From assembly GCA_015484595.1 (NCBI GenBank), contig WFMM01000124.1, forward strand, positions 1-60,242: a stretch of DNA of 60,242 nt. The letters run 5' to 3'. This DNA is from Nitrospirota bacterium (GTDB lineage Bacteria; Nitrospirota; Thermodesulfovibrionia; Thermodesulfovibrionales; JdFR-85). The stretch's first letter is position 1. Each line of letters begins with the position of its first letter. The notes under the pieces are model-generated. The model was not told the origin of the DNA. It made no database searches and saw only the letters and a program-made list of their open reading frames with translations. Of the stretch, positions 15,896-25,221 are shown in pieces. The translations under genes and the position numbers were made by a program.

Positions 15896-16698
15896 CCATA
15901 AAGCCTTCTTCTTAATTCATAAAGCAGCACCGCAGAAGCTGAACCAACATTAAGGCTTTCAGCCCTGCCGTAAACAGGAATCTTAATAAGCACATCTGAG
16001 GCCCTCTTTATACCATCGGAGATTCCCATTGTCTCATTGCCAAATACCACAAGCTCCCTGCCAAACGGTGTATAATCGTAAAGGCTTATTTCTGCCTTTA
16101 AATCTGTGCCCACGATTCTTCTTTTCTCTGAATCTCTGACCTTGAGCAATTCCTCTACTGTGGCAAAGGCTATGCGGAGATTAAACACACTTCCGGCACT
16201 TGCCCTGACGGACTTCGGGTTATAGGGTGAAACCGTGCCTTTTAACATAACAGCCATTTTAAACCCTGCTGCATCAGTGGCTCTGAGGAGTGTTCCTAAA
16301 TTCCCGGGGTCCTGAACCCCATCCACAACCACCACAGGCTCATAAGGAAGCCCTTTAAGTGCTGATGCCCTTACCCTGCAAAGGGCGATTATCCCCTGTG
16401 GGGTGACGGTCTGAGAAAGCCTCTTGAGGGCATTCTTCTCAAGCACCACCGTATAAACTCCTGCCCCAAGCAGTCTGTCCATGAGAGGGGAGTTTTCTGC
16501 TCTGCCTATAAACTCCTCTGTTACAGCCACATGGGTTATCCTAACCCCTGCACTTACTGCCATATCAATCACCCTCGGGCCCTCCACCACCACCTCCCCT
16601 TCCTGAACACCATAACGGGGTGCAAACTTCTCTGGCCTGTGGATTATCTTTAAAAATCTCTTTACTGTTGGATTCTCACCAGATGAGACCCTTTTCAT
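15892..16698 (-). CDS. TrmH/SpoU-family RNA 2'-O-methyltransferase
   Basis: It has the C-terminal SpoU motifs FGNETMGIS and ESLNVGSASAVLLYEL. I place the start at ATG 16698, which forms an ATGA overlap with the upstream stop. The track start is 16725. Confidence 0.8.
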   Translation of the reverse strand: MKRVSSGENPTVKRFLKIIHRPEKFAPRYGVQEGEVVVEGPRVIDMAVSAGVRITHVAVTEEFIGRAENSPLMDRLLGAGVYTVVLEKNALKRLSQTVTPQGIIALCRVRASALKGLPYEPVVVVDGVQDPGNLGTLLRATDAAGFKMAVMLKGTVSPYNPKSVRASAGSVFNLRIAFATVEELLKVRDSEKRRIVGTDLKAEISLYDYTPFGRELVVFGNETMGISDGIKRASDVLIKIPVYGRAESLNVGSASAVLLYELRRRLYG

Positions 16699-17627
16699 TG
16701 CCTGTTTCCTCCCATGGATGACCATCTAAGATATATGGGCAGACCTGGCAGAGAGCCTGCCACATAGGAGAGAAACCACAGAAGCGATATGGCAGTTGCC
16801 ACCTCCGGAGCAATCCCCACCATCGAAAGTAAAACCACAAAGGACCCCTCCCTCAGCCCAAGACCTGATATCGAAACAGGTATGGAAGACACGGTGATAA
16901 CCAGTGGCATGAAGAAGAAAAGTTCGATCATCTTCACATCCACCCTCACTGCCTGTACGACCAGAAAAACCGTTGTTATGGCCGCTATCTGAACAGCAAT
17001 GGAAAGCAGATAGGCATACAGGAGTCTAATGGGAGCGCCTCTCAGGGTATGGATGTAATTAAAAAACTCCCTTACTGACTTAAACCTCTGCCCCCACTTA
17101 AATCCAAAAAGAACATAACTTGCAATAACAAAGACACCTGCCACGACAGGCACTGCAAGCAGGGCCCTTGAGTCCTGAAGCTTTCCTGAAACAAAGGGGA
17201 TGGACAGGATACCCAGGGTTAAAAGTGCACAGTAGCCTATGTATCGGTCGGCAAAAACAGAGCCAAAGGCATTGGCACCCCTTATTTCATCCCTGTAAAG
17301 ATAATATACCCTAAGGGCATCTCCACCTACGATGCCTGGTAAGAGGTTATTAAAAAAAGACCCCATCAAGTACAGTCCGTAGAGCCTGAAGATGCTTAGC
17401 CCCGGAGGCTTCATCTCGCCTGGCAAAAGCACCCACCACCTGATAGATGAGATAAACTGGGCAAACATGTAGGTAAGTGAAGCTGCAACAAAGTAAAGGG
17501 GATTAACCGTGCCTATAACGGTTAGTATTCTGTCAATGCCTGCCTTTTTAAATATCAATGACAGAAGAAACAGGCTAAGGGTTGCCTTTATCAGAAGCAG
17601 CGGAAGGTTATTTTTCTTTCTTTCCAA
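16695..17627 (-). CDS. UPF0104 / lysylphosphatidylglycerol-synthase-TM-region-like (flippase-like) integral membrane protein
   Basis: The 310-aa product has about 8 TM segments. The motif LLPGIVGGDALRVYYL is typical of this family. It overlaps the upstream GT2 gene by 20 nt. Confidence 0.65.
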   Translation of the reverse strand: MERKKNNLPLLLIKATLSLFLLSLIFKKAGIDRILTVIGTVNPLYFVAASLTYMFAQFISSIRWWVLLPGEMKPPGLSIFRLYGLYLMGSFFNNLLPGIVGGDALRVYYLYRDEIRGANAFGSVFADRYIGYCALLTLGILSIPFVSGKLQDSRALLAVPVVAGVFVIASYVLFGFKWGQRFKSVREFFNYIHTLRGAPIRLLYAYLLSIAVQIAAITTVFLVVQAVRVDVKMIELFFFMPLVITVSSIPVSISGLGLREGSFVVLLSMVGIAPEVATAISLLWFLSYVAGSLPGLPIYLRWSSMGGNRQ

Positions 17628-18573
17628 TGATACCTTTTATCACATAGATTGGTTTTTTCTGACTTTCGTGATACACCCTCACAAGCATCTCACCTATCAG
17701 TCCCATCCCAATAAGCTGAATGCCAACGATTATGAGCAAAACACCAAGCAGAAGGAGAGGTCTTCCGCCGATGTGTTCACCAAAAAAAAGTTTTCTCAGG
17801 GTAAGATAGGCTGAAATTAAAATACCGAGTCCGCCTGATGCCAGCCCAAAGGGACCAAAAAACTGAATCGGCTTTGTTGAAAAGCTCTGTAAAAACTTAA
17901 CTGTTATGAGGTCAAGGAGCACCTTTATGGTCCTGGACATCCCATACTTGGACTTCCCCCTCAGCCTCGGATGATGGGTCGTAACCACCTCCCTGACCCT
18001 CACACCGTACCAGCTTGCCACAGCAGGTATAAACCGGTGCATCTCACCGTATAGATTCAGATTCTTTATAACATCTCTTCGGTAAGCCTTAAGGGAGCAT
18101 CCATAGTCGTGTAGTTCAACCCCCGTGACCTTGCTTATAAGCCAGTTGGCCACCATGGAGGGAAGCCTTCTCGTTAAAAAGGGGTCTTTACGGTCCTTTC
18201 GCCAGCCACTTACGAGATCGCAGTGCTCTATCTCCACAAGCAGTCTGGGGATGTCCTTTGGGTCGTTCTGCAGGTCTCCATCCATTGTTACAATCACATC
18301 GCCCCGTGCAAAATCAAAACCTGCTGCAAAGGCTGCGGTCTGTCCAAAGTTTCTCCTGAGGCTCAGAACCAGCACATGGGCATCCTCTGAGGCAATACCC
18401 CTTAAAAGCTCCAGCGTTCGGTCAGTGCTACCATCGTCCACATAGATAATCTCGTAGTCAAAGGGCTGCGTGGTGAGCACAGAGCTAAGCCTGCTGTGGA
18501 GTTCTTCCACATTTTCCTCTTCATTGTAAAGGGGGATGACTACAGAGACACGCTTTATCCACCCGGGTATCAT
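17608..18573 (-). CDS. Family 2 glycosyltransferase, polyprenyl-phosphate sugar transferase type (ArnC/GtrB-like)
   Basis: It has VVIPLYNEEENV, DDGSTD and DGDLQNDP (DxD) motifs, plus two C-terminal TM helices. Confidence 0.85.
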   Translation of the reverse strand: MIPGWIKRVSVVIPLYNEEENVEELHSRLSSVLTTQPFDYEIIYVDDGSTDRTLELLRGIASEDAHVLVLSLRRNFGQTAAFAAGFDFARGDVIVTMDGDLQNDPKDIPRLLVEIEHCDLVSGWRKDRKDPFLTRRLPSMVANWLISKVTGVELHDYGCSLKAYRRDVIKNLNLYGEMHRFIPAVASWYGVRVREVVTTHHPRLRGKSKYGMSRTIKVLLDLITVKFLQSFSTKPIQFFGPFGLASGGLGILISAYLTLRKLFFGEHIGGRPLLLLGVLLIIVGIQLIGMGLIGEMLVRVYHESQKKPIYVIKGIIGKKEK

Positions 18574-18623
18574 GGCTGATATTATAACAAAGAGGGTTAA
18601 TTGAATGTTGTCTACTGACTACA

Positions 18624-19592
18624 TTAGGCACATATTTTACCCATAATAAGCACGGTCTCATCGAGTCTTTTGGAACTGCCTGTCCTGAAACCCGCCTTTT
18701 TAAGCCAGTTTTTTATCTCCGAAGGGCTATAGGTCCTTCCTTCGGATGTGTTTACCAGCATATTGATAGCAAAAATCGCACCCCACAGAGGTGATGTATG
18801 CCCTGGACTTACAAAAAACTCCTGCACCACCACCCTGCCGCCTGGCCTGAGTGCCTTCCTTACCTTTTTTAATATCCTCAGACTTTCCCTTTCAGAGTAG
18901 GCATGAAGTATCTGGCTTATAAACACCAGGTCATAGCCCTTTCCAATTGGGTCAGTGGTAAAGTCACCTGCCATGAACTCTATCCCTTCAACCTGGCTTT
19001 CCTGAATAATACCCTTTGCTATCCTTATGGTCTCAGCCCTGTCAAAGAGGGTAACCCTGACACCCCTTTTTGCAAGCTCCATCGAGTAAGTGCCAGGCCC
19101 ACCTCCGAGGTCAAGTGCAGTCTTTACGCCCCTTAGTGGAATGTTATCCACCACCTCCTTAACCTTTAGCTTTGCTATGTCGTGCATCCCAAGGATGAAT
19201 GACTCAAAGTCTCTGTCGCTGGCCGTGGGTCTTCCCGTGCGGACAGCGGTGTCAAGCTCAGACCAGCCCTTCCACAGTGAATCAGCATGTCTGATTATGT
19301 TTCCCTGATAGTAGGGGCTTTCCCTTAAGAGGTATTTTCTTGCTAAGGAGGTGACCTTATACTGGTTTGCCCGTTTCTGCAATAGTCCAAGCGAGACCAG
19401 TGCATTAAGCAGTAATTCCGTTCCCCTCTGGTCTGTCTTCAGTGCTGACGAAACCTCCCTAAGGCCCTTCCATGACTTAAGGTGTTCAAAGACACCAAGG
19501 TTGTTGGCAGTCAGAAGCACCCTTGCCGGCATAAAACCGGTCCAGAGCTGTCTTATCCTTTGGACCTCCTCTTTAATGCTCTGCTTTTTCAT
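18624..19592 (-). CDS. Class I SAM-dependent O-methyltransferase with N-terminal winged-helix dimerisation domain
   Basis: It has the SAM motif ALDLGGGPGTYS and is 322 aa long. The substrate is unknown. Confidence 0.7.
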   Translation of the reverse strand: MKKQSIKEEVQRIRQLWTGFMPARVLLTANNLGVFEHLKSWKGLREVSSALKTDQRGTELLLNALVSLGLLQKRANQYKVTSLARKYLLRESPYYQGNIIRHADSLWKGWSELDTAVRTGRPTASDRDFESFILGMHDIAKLKVKEVVDNIPLRGVKTALDLGGGPGTYSMELAKRGVRVTLFDRAETIRIAKGIIQESQVEGIEFMAGDFTTDPIGKGYDLVFISQILHAYSERESLRILKKVRKALRPGGRVVVQEFFVSPGHTSPLWGAIFAINMLVNTSEGRTYSPSEIKNWLKKAGFRTGSSKRLDETVLIMGKICA

Positions 19593-19649
19593 AGAAATCC
19601 CCCTTTCAGGATTGGTTTACCCTGGAATTCCACCTGGTCTTTTAACGGG

Positions 19650-19685
19650 TTTTTTGATACCCTGCGGCTTGATGCAGGGAGGTTC
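19650..19685 (-). promoter_or_regulatory. Conserved palindromic leader/operator motif, copy 2
   Basis: The minus strand reads GAACCTCCCTGCATCAAGCCGCAGGGTATCAAAAAA, the same motif as 5371-5406. It lies 57 nt upstream of the O-methyltransferase ATG. Confidence 0.45.
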
Positions 19686-19688
19686 TTT

Positions 19689-19717
19689 ATTATATTCCTT
19701 TGCCAAGGCTGTAGCAA
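19689..19717 (-). promoter_or_regulatory. Sigma70-like promoter candidate (TTGCTA-17 nt-TATAAT)
   Basis: On the minus strand TTGCTA is at 19717-19712 and TATAAT at 19694-19689, with a 17-nt spacer. The palindromic motif starts 3 nt after the -10 element. Confidence 0.45.
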
Positions 19718-19762
19718 GGCAATGGGAGATGCCTTCTGTGAATATTCAGGGGCAGAAGATTA

Positions 19763-19840
19763 TGGTCGGGGCGAGCCGATTCGAACGGCCGACCTCTCGC
19801 ACCCCAAGCGAGTGCGCTAACCAGACTGCGCCACGCCCCG
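19763..19840 (-). tRNA. tRNA-Pro (anticodon GGG), CCA encoded
   Basis: The reverse complement is CGGGGCGTGGCGCAGTCTGGTTAGCGCACTCGCTTGGGGTGCGAGAGGTCGGCCGTTCGAATCGGCTCGCCCCGACCA. It has a 7-bp acceptor stem, anticodon stem CTCGC/GCGAG with loop TTGGGGT, and a TTCGAAT T-loop. Confidence 0.9.
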
Positions 19841-19860
19841 AACAGGTAATTATAAATTAA

Positions 19861-20247
19861 TCAGAGCTGATTGATGATATCTCTTAGACGGGCCTTTATG
19901 TGCTCAAGCCTTTCTCTGAGTGTGCTGTCCTCGGTGGTCTCCCTATCTTCCTTTGGCACGACCCTGAGTGCAGGCTCGGCAAAACACTTCTTTACACCCT
20001 CTATGGTGTAACGCTCTTCATAAAGGAGCCTTTTTATCTCAAGAATGGTTTCAATGTCCTTCTTAACATAGAGTCTCTGCCCTGACCTGCTCTTTCTCGG
20101 TTTAAGGAAGGGAAACTCGCTTTCCCAGTACCTGAGCACATAGGGCTCCACACCTGTTATGCGGCCTACCTCTCCTATCTTGTAAAAAAGCTTCTCCGGT
20201 ATCTTTACCTTTGGTGAGTTCTGTTTCTTCTGTTTTGCCCGTATCAT
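19861..20247 (-). CDS. MerR-family transcriptional regulator
   Basis: It has an N-terminal HTH (YKIGEVGRITGVEPYVLRYWESEF). The 4-nt overlap with ihfA suggests a shared operon. Confidence 0.8.
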   Translation of the reverse strand: MIRAKQKKQNSPKVKIPEKLFYKIGEVGRITGVEPYVLRYWESEFPFLKPRKSRSGQRLYVKKDIETILEIKRLLYEERYTIEGVKKCFAEPALRVVPKEDRETTEDSTLRERLEHIKARLRDIINQL

Positions 20248-20525
20248 TTAACCTTTTCTACCCGTTCCTTGAGCAGGTTGCTCGGTTTAAAGGTAACCAC
20301 CCTTCTGGGGGTTATCTCCAGTTCCTCCCCGGTCTGGGGATTTCTCCCGCGGCGGGCCGTCTTTTTTCTGACATGAAAGGTGCCAAATCCTGTGATTTTT
20401 ACATTTTCACCTTCTGCCAGGGTCCTTTTGATGGTATCGAGGATGAGCTCGATGATGTCCTGGGCCTCCTTTTTTGGAAGCCCTACCTTGTCAAAAATCG
20501 CCTTTGCCAGGTCTGCTCTTGTCAT
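20244..20525 (-). CDS. ihfA: Integration host factor subunit alpha (HU/IHF family)
   Basis: The 93-aa product has GFGTFHVRKKTARRGRNPQTGEELEITPRRVVTFKPS, which matches the IHF-alpha arm region. Confidence 0.8.
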   Translation of the reverse strand: MTRADLAKAIFDKVGLPKKEAQDIIELILDTIKRTLAEGENVKITGFGTFHVRKKTARRGRNPQTGEELEITPRRVVTFKPSNLLKERVEKVK

Positions 20526-20632
20526 AAATTAATTATATTTATTAGACGAACTATTGTCAAGTATTTAATTATAAAAAATTTTTTCCACCTTGACTTATGG
20601 AAGGCAATTATCAGAAAATTTATTATACCCAC

Positions 20633-20707
20633 TGGGGCGTAGCCAAAGGGCAAGGCAGGAGATTTTGGCTCTCCCATTTGCAGGTTCGAGTCCTGCCGCC
20701 CCAGCCA
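20633..20707 (+). tRNA. tRNA-Gln (anticodon TTG), CCA encoded
   Basis: The sequence is TGGGGCGTAGCCAAAGGGCAAGGCAGGAGATTTTGGCTCTCCCATTTGCAGGTTCGAGTCCTGCCGCCCCAGCCA. It has anticodon stem GGAGA/TCTCC with loop TTTTGGC, and acceptor TGGGGCG/CGCCCCA. Confidence 0.9.
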
Positions 20708-20721
20708 GTAAAAAGGTCAAG

Positions 20722-21180
20722 GTGAATAAAGAAAAACTGCTAACACATCTTGCCACTTTAGGCCCGGCTGGATACTTCCCCTTTGCCCCTGGCACCATGG
20801 GCTCTGCTGTCTCGGCATTGCTCCTTTATCTGTTAAGACCATCCGACCAAATTATCGTCTTTTCCTTTATAATCCTTTTTTTTACAGGCACTTACGCATC
20901 CAGGGCCGCAGAAGAGTTCTTCGGACAAAAGGACAGCCCCAGGATAATCATAGACGAGTTCGTAGCCCTTCCCCTTGGTCTTCTGTTTATAAAGAAGACC
21001 CTGCTTAGCATTACCCTTGGATTTTTCCTCTTCAGAGTCTTTGACATACTGAAACCCTTTCCAATAAGAAGGATAGAAAACTCCCTTTCAGGGGGGCTTT
21101 CCGTGATGCTTGACGATGTCCTTGCAGCGTTTTATACAAATATTGCTCTTCATATGGTGTATAATTTATTTGTTCAGTAA
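20722..21180 (+). CDS. pgpA: Phosphatidylglycerophosphatase A
   Basis: PgpA motifs are present (GTMGSAVS, IIIDEFVALP, FRVFDILKPFP, MLDDVLAAFY). I place the start at GTG 20722, just after tRNA-Gln. The track ORF start at 20590 would read through the tRNA. Confidence 0.72.
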   Translation: MNKEKLLTHLATLGPAGYFPFAPGTMGSAVSALLLYLLRPSDQIIVFSFIILFFTGTYASRAAEEFFGQKDSPRIIIDEFVALPLGLLFIKKTLLSITLGFFLFRVFDILKPFPIRRIENSLSGGLSVMLDDVLAAFYTNIALHMVYNLFVQ

Positions 21181-21203
21181 TTAATCTTTTTTATTTCGTT
21201 GCT

Positions 21204-21698
21204 ATGTACTCAGAGGATGTTATAGATAAGGTTAAAAGGGCACACCTGTTGATAATCCAGAGAGGGCTAAGGCTTGCCACTGCAGAAAGCTGCACAGGCG
21301 GTAAAATTGCAGACATGATTACCGAGGTTGGTGGTGCAAGCAGGTTCTTTGTGGGCTCTGTGGTTGCCTATCACGAAGATGTAAAGACAGAGATTCTTGG
21401 AGTGGCAAAGGATACGGTTAAAACCCACGGGGTGGTTAGCAGCCAGACCGCCCTTGAGATGGCAGAGGGGGTAAGAAAGCTGCTAAAGACCGATATAGGG
21501 CTTTCTACCACTGGTAACCTGGGGCCCGAGGCACTTGAGGGTAAGGATGTTGGGCTTGTTTACATCGGGCTTTGCCTTCCTGGCAAGAAATATGTGAAGG
21601 AGTTAAGGCTTAAGGGGCAGAGGCAGGAAAACAAGTCAGAGGCAGCCATTAAAGCCCTTGAGCTTCTCATAAAAAAAATGGAGGAACAGACCAGTTGA
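21204..21698 (+). CDS. cinA: CinA C-terminal-domain protein / nicotinamide-nucleotide amidohydrolase (PncC-like)
   Basis: The 164-aa product has the ATAESCTGGKIAD motif and a glycine-rich STTGNLGP segment. Confidence 0.85.
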   Translation: MYSEDVIDKVKRAHLLIIQRGLRLATAESCTGGKIADMITEVGGASRFFVGSVVAYHEDVKTEILGVAKDTVKTHGVVSSQTALEMAEGVRKLLKTDIGLSTTGNLGPEALEGKDVGLVYIGLCLPGKKYVKELRLKGQRQENKSEAAIKALELLIKKMEEQTS

Positions 21699-22261
21699 GA
21701 CTCTTTATCGCCCTTGACATCTCTGAGGATGTAAGAAGGGAGATTAACTCTCTTATAAAACGCTTAAAGACCCACGACACAAACATAAGGTGGGTAAGGC
21801 CAGAAAACATACATATCACCATAAAGTTCCTTGGTGAGGTAAGCACAGAAAGGGTTGAAGGGATTAAAAGGGCAATGTCAAAGGTTGCTTCAGGGCATCA
21901 AGCTTTTGAGCTAATTGTCAGGGGCACCGGGGTCTTTCCAGACTTTACCCGTCCCAGGGTGCTGTGGGTCGGTATTGAAAGAGAAGCCCTCCTTGAGGAA
22001 ATCCACAGGGAGATAAACGAAGAGTTGGCCCACCTTGGGTTTGAGCCAGAGGACAGGGCATTTCGTCCACATCTAACCATAGGCAGGGTAAAGTCAACCC
22101 GGGGGCTTAAACCGCTTCTTAAAGACCTGAGAGGATATATGGATAGAGAGTTTGGTAAAATAACTGTTAGCGAGATGGTTCTCGTAAAGAGCACATTAAA
22201 ACCCGAGGGGGCTGAATACGAGACAATCTTTAATGCCCCCATGAACAAGGAGGATCTATGA
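21695..22261 (+). CDS. thpR: RNA 2',3'-cyclic phosphodiesterase (2H family, ThpR/LigT)
   Basis: It has two HxT motifs (HITIKF, HLTIGR). The TTG start overlaps the cinA stop, and the N-terminus MRLFIAL is typical. Confidence 0.85.
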   Translation: MRLFIALDISEDVRREINSLIKRLKTHDTNIRWVRPENIHITIKFLGEVSTERVEGIKRAMSKVASGHQAFELIVRGTGVFPDFTRPRVLWVGIEREALLEEIHREINEELAHLGFEPEDRAFRPHLTIGRVKSTRGLKPLLKDLRGYMDREFGKITVSEMVLVKSTLKPEGAEYETIFNAPMNKEDL

Positions 22262-23268
22262 ATAAAGACAAACTCAAGGCCCTTGAGATGGCCATCACCC
22301 AGATTGAACGAAACTTTGGCAGGGGCACTATTATGCGACTTGGTGACAAGGGGGGTTTTGAGGGAATTCAGACCATCCCCACAGGCTCCCTTACTCTGGA
22401 CATTGCCACAGGGGTGGGTGGTTTTCCCCGTGGCAGGGTGATCGAGATTTATGGTCCTGAATCCTCTGGAAAGACCACTCTTGCACTGAGCGCCATTGCT
22501 CAGGCACAGAAGGCAGGCGGCATCGCAGCCTTCATTGATGCTGAGCATGCCCTTGATGTCAACTATGCCTCACGCCTTGGTGTAAACATTGAAGACCTGC
22601 TCGTCTCTCAGCCAGACACAGGGGAGCAGGCACTGGAGATTACCGAGTCACTGGTTCGTAGCGGTGCTGTGGACATCATCGTAATAGATTCTGTGGCTGC
22701 CCTCGTGCCAAAGGCTGAGATAGAGGGTGACATGGGAGACAGCCTGCCAGGGCTTCATGCCCGTTTGATGAGTCAGGCCCTGAGGAAGCTTACCTCTGCC
22801 ATCTCAAGGTCACAAACAACGGTTATCTTTATAAACCAGATAAGGATGAAGATAGGGGTCATGTTTGGAAACCCTGAGACCACCACAGGTGGAACGGCAC
22901 TTAAGTTTTACTCCTCCATGCGTCTTGACATAAGAAAGATAGACAACATAAAGAGCGGTCAGGAGATGATAGGCGGCAGGGTCAGGGTAAAGATCGTTAA
23001 AAACAAGGTAGCTCCACCCTTTAAACAGGCAGAGTTTGACATCTACTTTAACCAGGGGATATCAAAGGAAGGAGAGCTGATAGACCTGGGGGTTTCTTCA
23101 AACATAATAGAAAAGTCAGGCGCCTGGTACAGTTATGGAGGAACCCGTATTGGACAGGGCAGAGAAAATGCTAAGGAATACCTGCGTAACCATCCTGAAA
23201 TGGCTGAGGAGATTGAAAACAAAATCCTTGAAAAGTACAACCTGAGGAGGCAAGATGGAGATAAATGA
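22258..23268 (+). CDS. recA: Recombinase RecA
   Basis: It has Walker [10 protein letters not shown] and the conserved segments FIDAEHALD and [23 protein letters not shown]. An ATGA overlap links it to thpR. Confidence 0.97.
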   Translation: MNKDKLKALEMAITQIERNFGRGTIMRLGDKGGFEGIQTIPTGSLTLDIATGVGGFPRGRVIEIYGPESSGKTTLALSAIAQAQKAGGIAAFIDAEHALDVNYASRLGVNIEDLLVSQPDTGEQALEITESLVRSGAVDIIVIDSVAALVPKAEIEGDMGDSLPGLHARLMSQALRKLTSAISRSQTTVIFINQIRMKIGVMFGNPETTTGGTALKFYSSMRLDIRKIDNIKSGQEMIGGRVRVKIVKNKVAPPFKQAEFDIYFNQGISKEGELIDLGVSSNIIEKSGAWYSYGGTRIGQGRENAKEYLRNHPEMAEEIENKILEKYNLRRQDGDK

Positions 23269-24403
23269 ACTCCTGAAAAGGGCCTATGACAGGGGAGCAT
23301 CAGACCTTCACATAAAGGTAGGCTCACCGCCAATAATGAGGATCCACGGGGAGCTTGTTCCCATGACAGAGGAGGGAAGGGTTACAGGGGAGCAGTCCCT
23401 CAAGATGGCCTTTCAGATAATGAACCAATCCCAGAGAGAGATATTCAAGAGAAAACAGGACATAGACCTCGCCTACAGTGTAACAGGACTTGGCAGGTTC
23501 CGGTGCAATATCTTCGTTCAGAGGGGCACCGTGGGGCTTGTCTTCAGGGTAATTCCTATGAAGGTTCCCGTAATAGATGAGCTTAACCTTCCAGAGGTGC
23601 TAAAAAAGTTAGCCCTTGAGCCAAGGGGACTTATACTGGTTACTGGAACCACAGGAAGTGGTAAGTCAACCACCCTGGCTGCAATGATAGACCATATAAA
23701 TGCACACCGGACATACAATATAATCACCATTGAGGACCCAATCGAGTATCTCCACAGAGACAAAAAGAGTATCGTCAACCAGCGTGAGGTTGGCTCTGAT
23801 ACCGAGAGCTTCTCCAAGGCACTCAGGGCTGCCCTCAGGCAGGACCCAGATGTCATCCTGGTTGGCGAGATGAGGGATTTCGAGACCATCCAGACCGCCC
23901 TTACTGCTGCTGAGACCGGCCATCTGGTTTTAAGCACCCTTCATACCACTGACGCCACAGAGACTATTAACCGTATTATCACGGTCTTTCCACCATACCA
24001 GCACAAACAGGTGAGGATTCAGCTTGCCTCTATCCTTAAGGGCATAATCTCCATGAGACTGGTGCCAAGGGCTGATGGTGAGGGCCGTGTCCCAGCAGTG
24101 GAGGTTCTGGTGGCAACAGAGACCATAAGAGACTGCATCATTGACCCTGACAAGACAAAACTCATCCCTGATATTATTGCAAAAAGCAAACTCCATTACG
24201 GGATGCAGACCTTTGACCAGTCACTGTACGACCTTTATAAATCGGGATTAATTACCTATGAAGAGGCCTTAAGGAGGGCAACCAATCCGGATGATTTCGC
24301 CCTTAAGGTTAAGGGAATCCAGTCAACCTCTGACCTTACCTTTGAGCAAAACGAGATGAGTGGTGGCTCTGATGACATCCCGATCGAGCGGTTCCAGAAA
24401 TGA
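23255..24403 (+). CDS. pilT: Type IV pilus retraction ATPase PilT
   Basis: It has [18 protein letters not shown], Walker [10 protein letters not shown], and GEMRD...[11 protein letters not shown]. It overlaps the recA 3' end by 14 nt. Confidence 0.9.
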   Translation: MEINELLKRAYDRGASDLHIKVGSPPIMRIHGELVPMTEEGRVTGEQSLKMAFQIMNQSQREIFKRKQDIDLAYSVTGLGRFRCNIFVQRGTVGLVFRVIPMKVPVIDELNLPEVLKKLALEPRGLILVTGTTGSGKSTTLAAMIDHINAHRTYNIITIEDPIEYLHRDKKSIVNQREVGSDTESFSKALRAALRQDPDVILVGEMRDFETIQTALTAAETGHLVLSTLHTTDATETINRIITVFPPYQHKQVRIQLASILKGIISMRLVPRADGEGRVPAVEVLVATETIRDCIIDPDKTKLIPDIIAKSKLHYGMQTFDQSLYDLYKSGLITYEEALRRATNPDDFALKVKGIQSTSDLTFEQNEMSGGSDDIPIERFQK

Positions 24404-24842
24404 CGCTTTGCAGTATGCACTGAGGCTCCTTGGAATAAGGGGAAGAAGCACAGGAGAGCTGAGATACAGGTTAAAAAAGAAAGGCTTTACAGAAGAACAG
24501 ACCGAAGAGACCCTGAGGTATCTTACTGAAAGGGGCTTTTTAGACGACAGGGCACTTGCCCGTGAGTTAGTTGAATACAGCCAGGCTGTAAAGGGTTATG
24601 GTCTGAAAGGGGTGAGGGATTTTCTGAAGAAAAGGGGGATTGAAAAAAATCTGATAGATGAGTTGACATCAGGGCTCGAAGAAGACATAAACAGGGCCAC
24701 CGAGATTGCCAGAAGGCATTACGAGCAAATCAAAGAAAACCCCCCGGAGGTGATCAGGAGAAGACTACAGGGGTATCTATACAGGCGGGGTTATAATCAG
24801 AATACAATACATGAGGTCTTTAAAAGGTTACATCTGCTATAA
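24372..24842 (+). CDS. recX: Recombination regulator RecX
   Basis: It shows ALQYALRLLGIRGRSTGELRYRLKKKGF and three-helix repeats. The start is uncertain (GTG 24360, GTG 24363 or ATG 24372), and every option overlaps the pilT 3' end. Confidence 0.78.
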   Translation: MTSRSSGSRNDALQYALRLLGIRGRSTGELRYRLKKKGFTEEQTEETLRYLTERGFLDDRALARELVEYSQAVKGYGLKGVRDFLKKRGIEKNLIDELTSGLEEDINRATEIARRHYEQIKENPPEVIRRRLQGYLYRRGYNQNTIHEVFKRLHLL

Positions 24843-24878
24843 TATCTAACCAATATTCCCTTTGAAAGGAGGTTTCAG

Positions 24879-25217
24879 ATGAAGAGAACATCTGTAGTAA
24901 TTATGGTGATGTTGGTGTTTTCTCTATTATCTTGCACCAAGGCAATGAGATACACAAACGATGAGATCTCTAAATATCCACCCCAGATACAGGAACACAT
25001 AAAAAAGGGAGAGGTGGTAACTGGCATGACCATGCAGCAGGTCAGGTATGCCTGGGGAGCTCCAAGCGAGATAAGGGCGCTTCCATCAACTGCTGACGGT
25101 AAGGAAAGGGTTCAGTGGACTTACAGCCGTATGCTCGGTGCCTTTAAGACCTATCTGCGATTCACCGACGGAGTGCTCACAGAGATTATAAGCACAGAGC
25201 CCGGAATAGCGAAGTAA
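24879..25217 (+). CDS. Small lipoprotein (BamE/SmpA-OmlA-like fold suspected)
   Basis: It has a signal peptide with a lipobox (LLSC) and a GMTMQQVRYAWGAPS motif. An AGGAGG SD site lies upstream. Confidence 0.55.
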   Translation: MKRTSVVIMVMLVFSLLSCTKAMRYTNDEISKYPPQIQEHIKKGEVVTGMTMQQVRYAWGAPSEIRALPSTADGKERVQWTYSRMLGAFKTYLRFTDGVLTEIISTEPGIAK

Positions 25218-25221
25218 ATAT

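Noticed and set aside
19351-19860. 169-aa plus-strand ORF spanning the O-methyltransferase 5' end, the palindromic motif and the tRNA-Pro antisense strand
   Set aside because: It crosses a tRNA gene and a promoter region. Its similarity to ORF 5304-5528 (PCGFPQGGS versus PCGLMQGGS) is explained by the shared nucleotide motif, not by a protein family.
20590-20721. N-terminal extension of the pgpA ORF
   Set aside because: It would read straight through the tRNA-Gln gene (20633-20707). PgpA homology only begins after GTG 20722.
21898-22548. 216-aa minus-strand ORF
   Set aside because: It is antisense to thpR and recA, both of which have unambiguous motifs. It is a shadow ORF.
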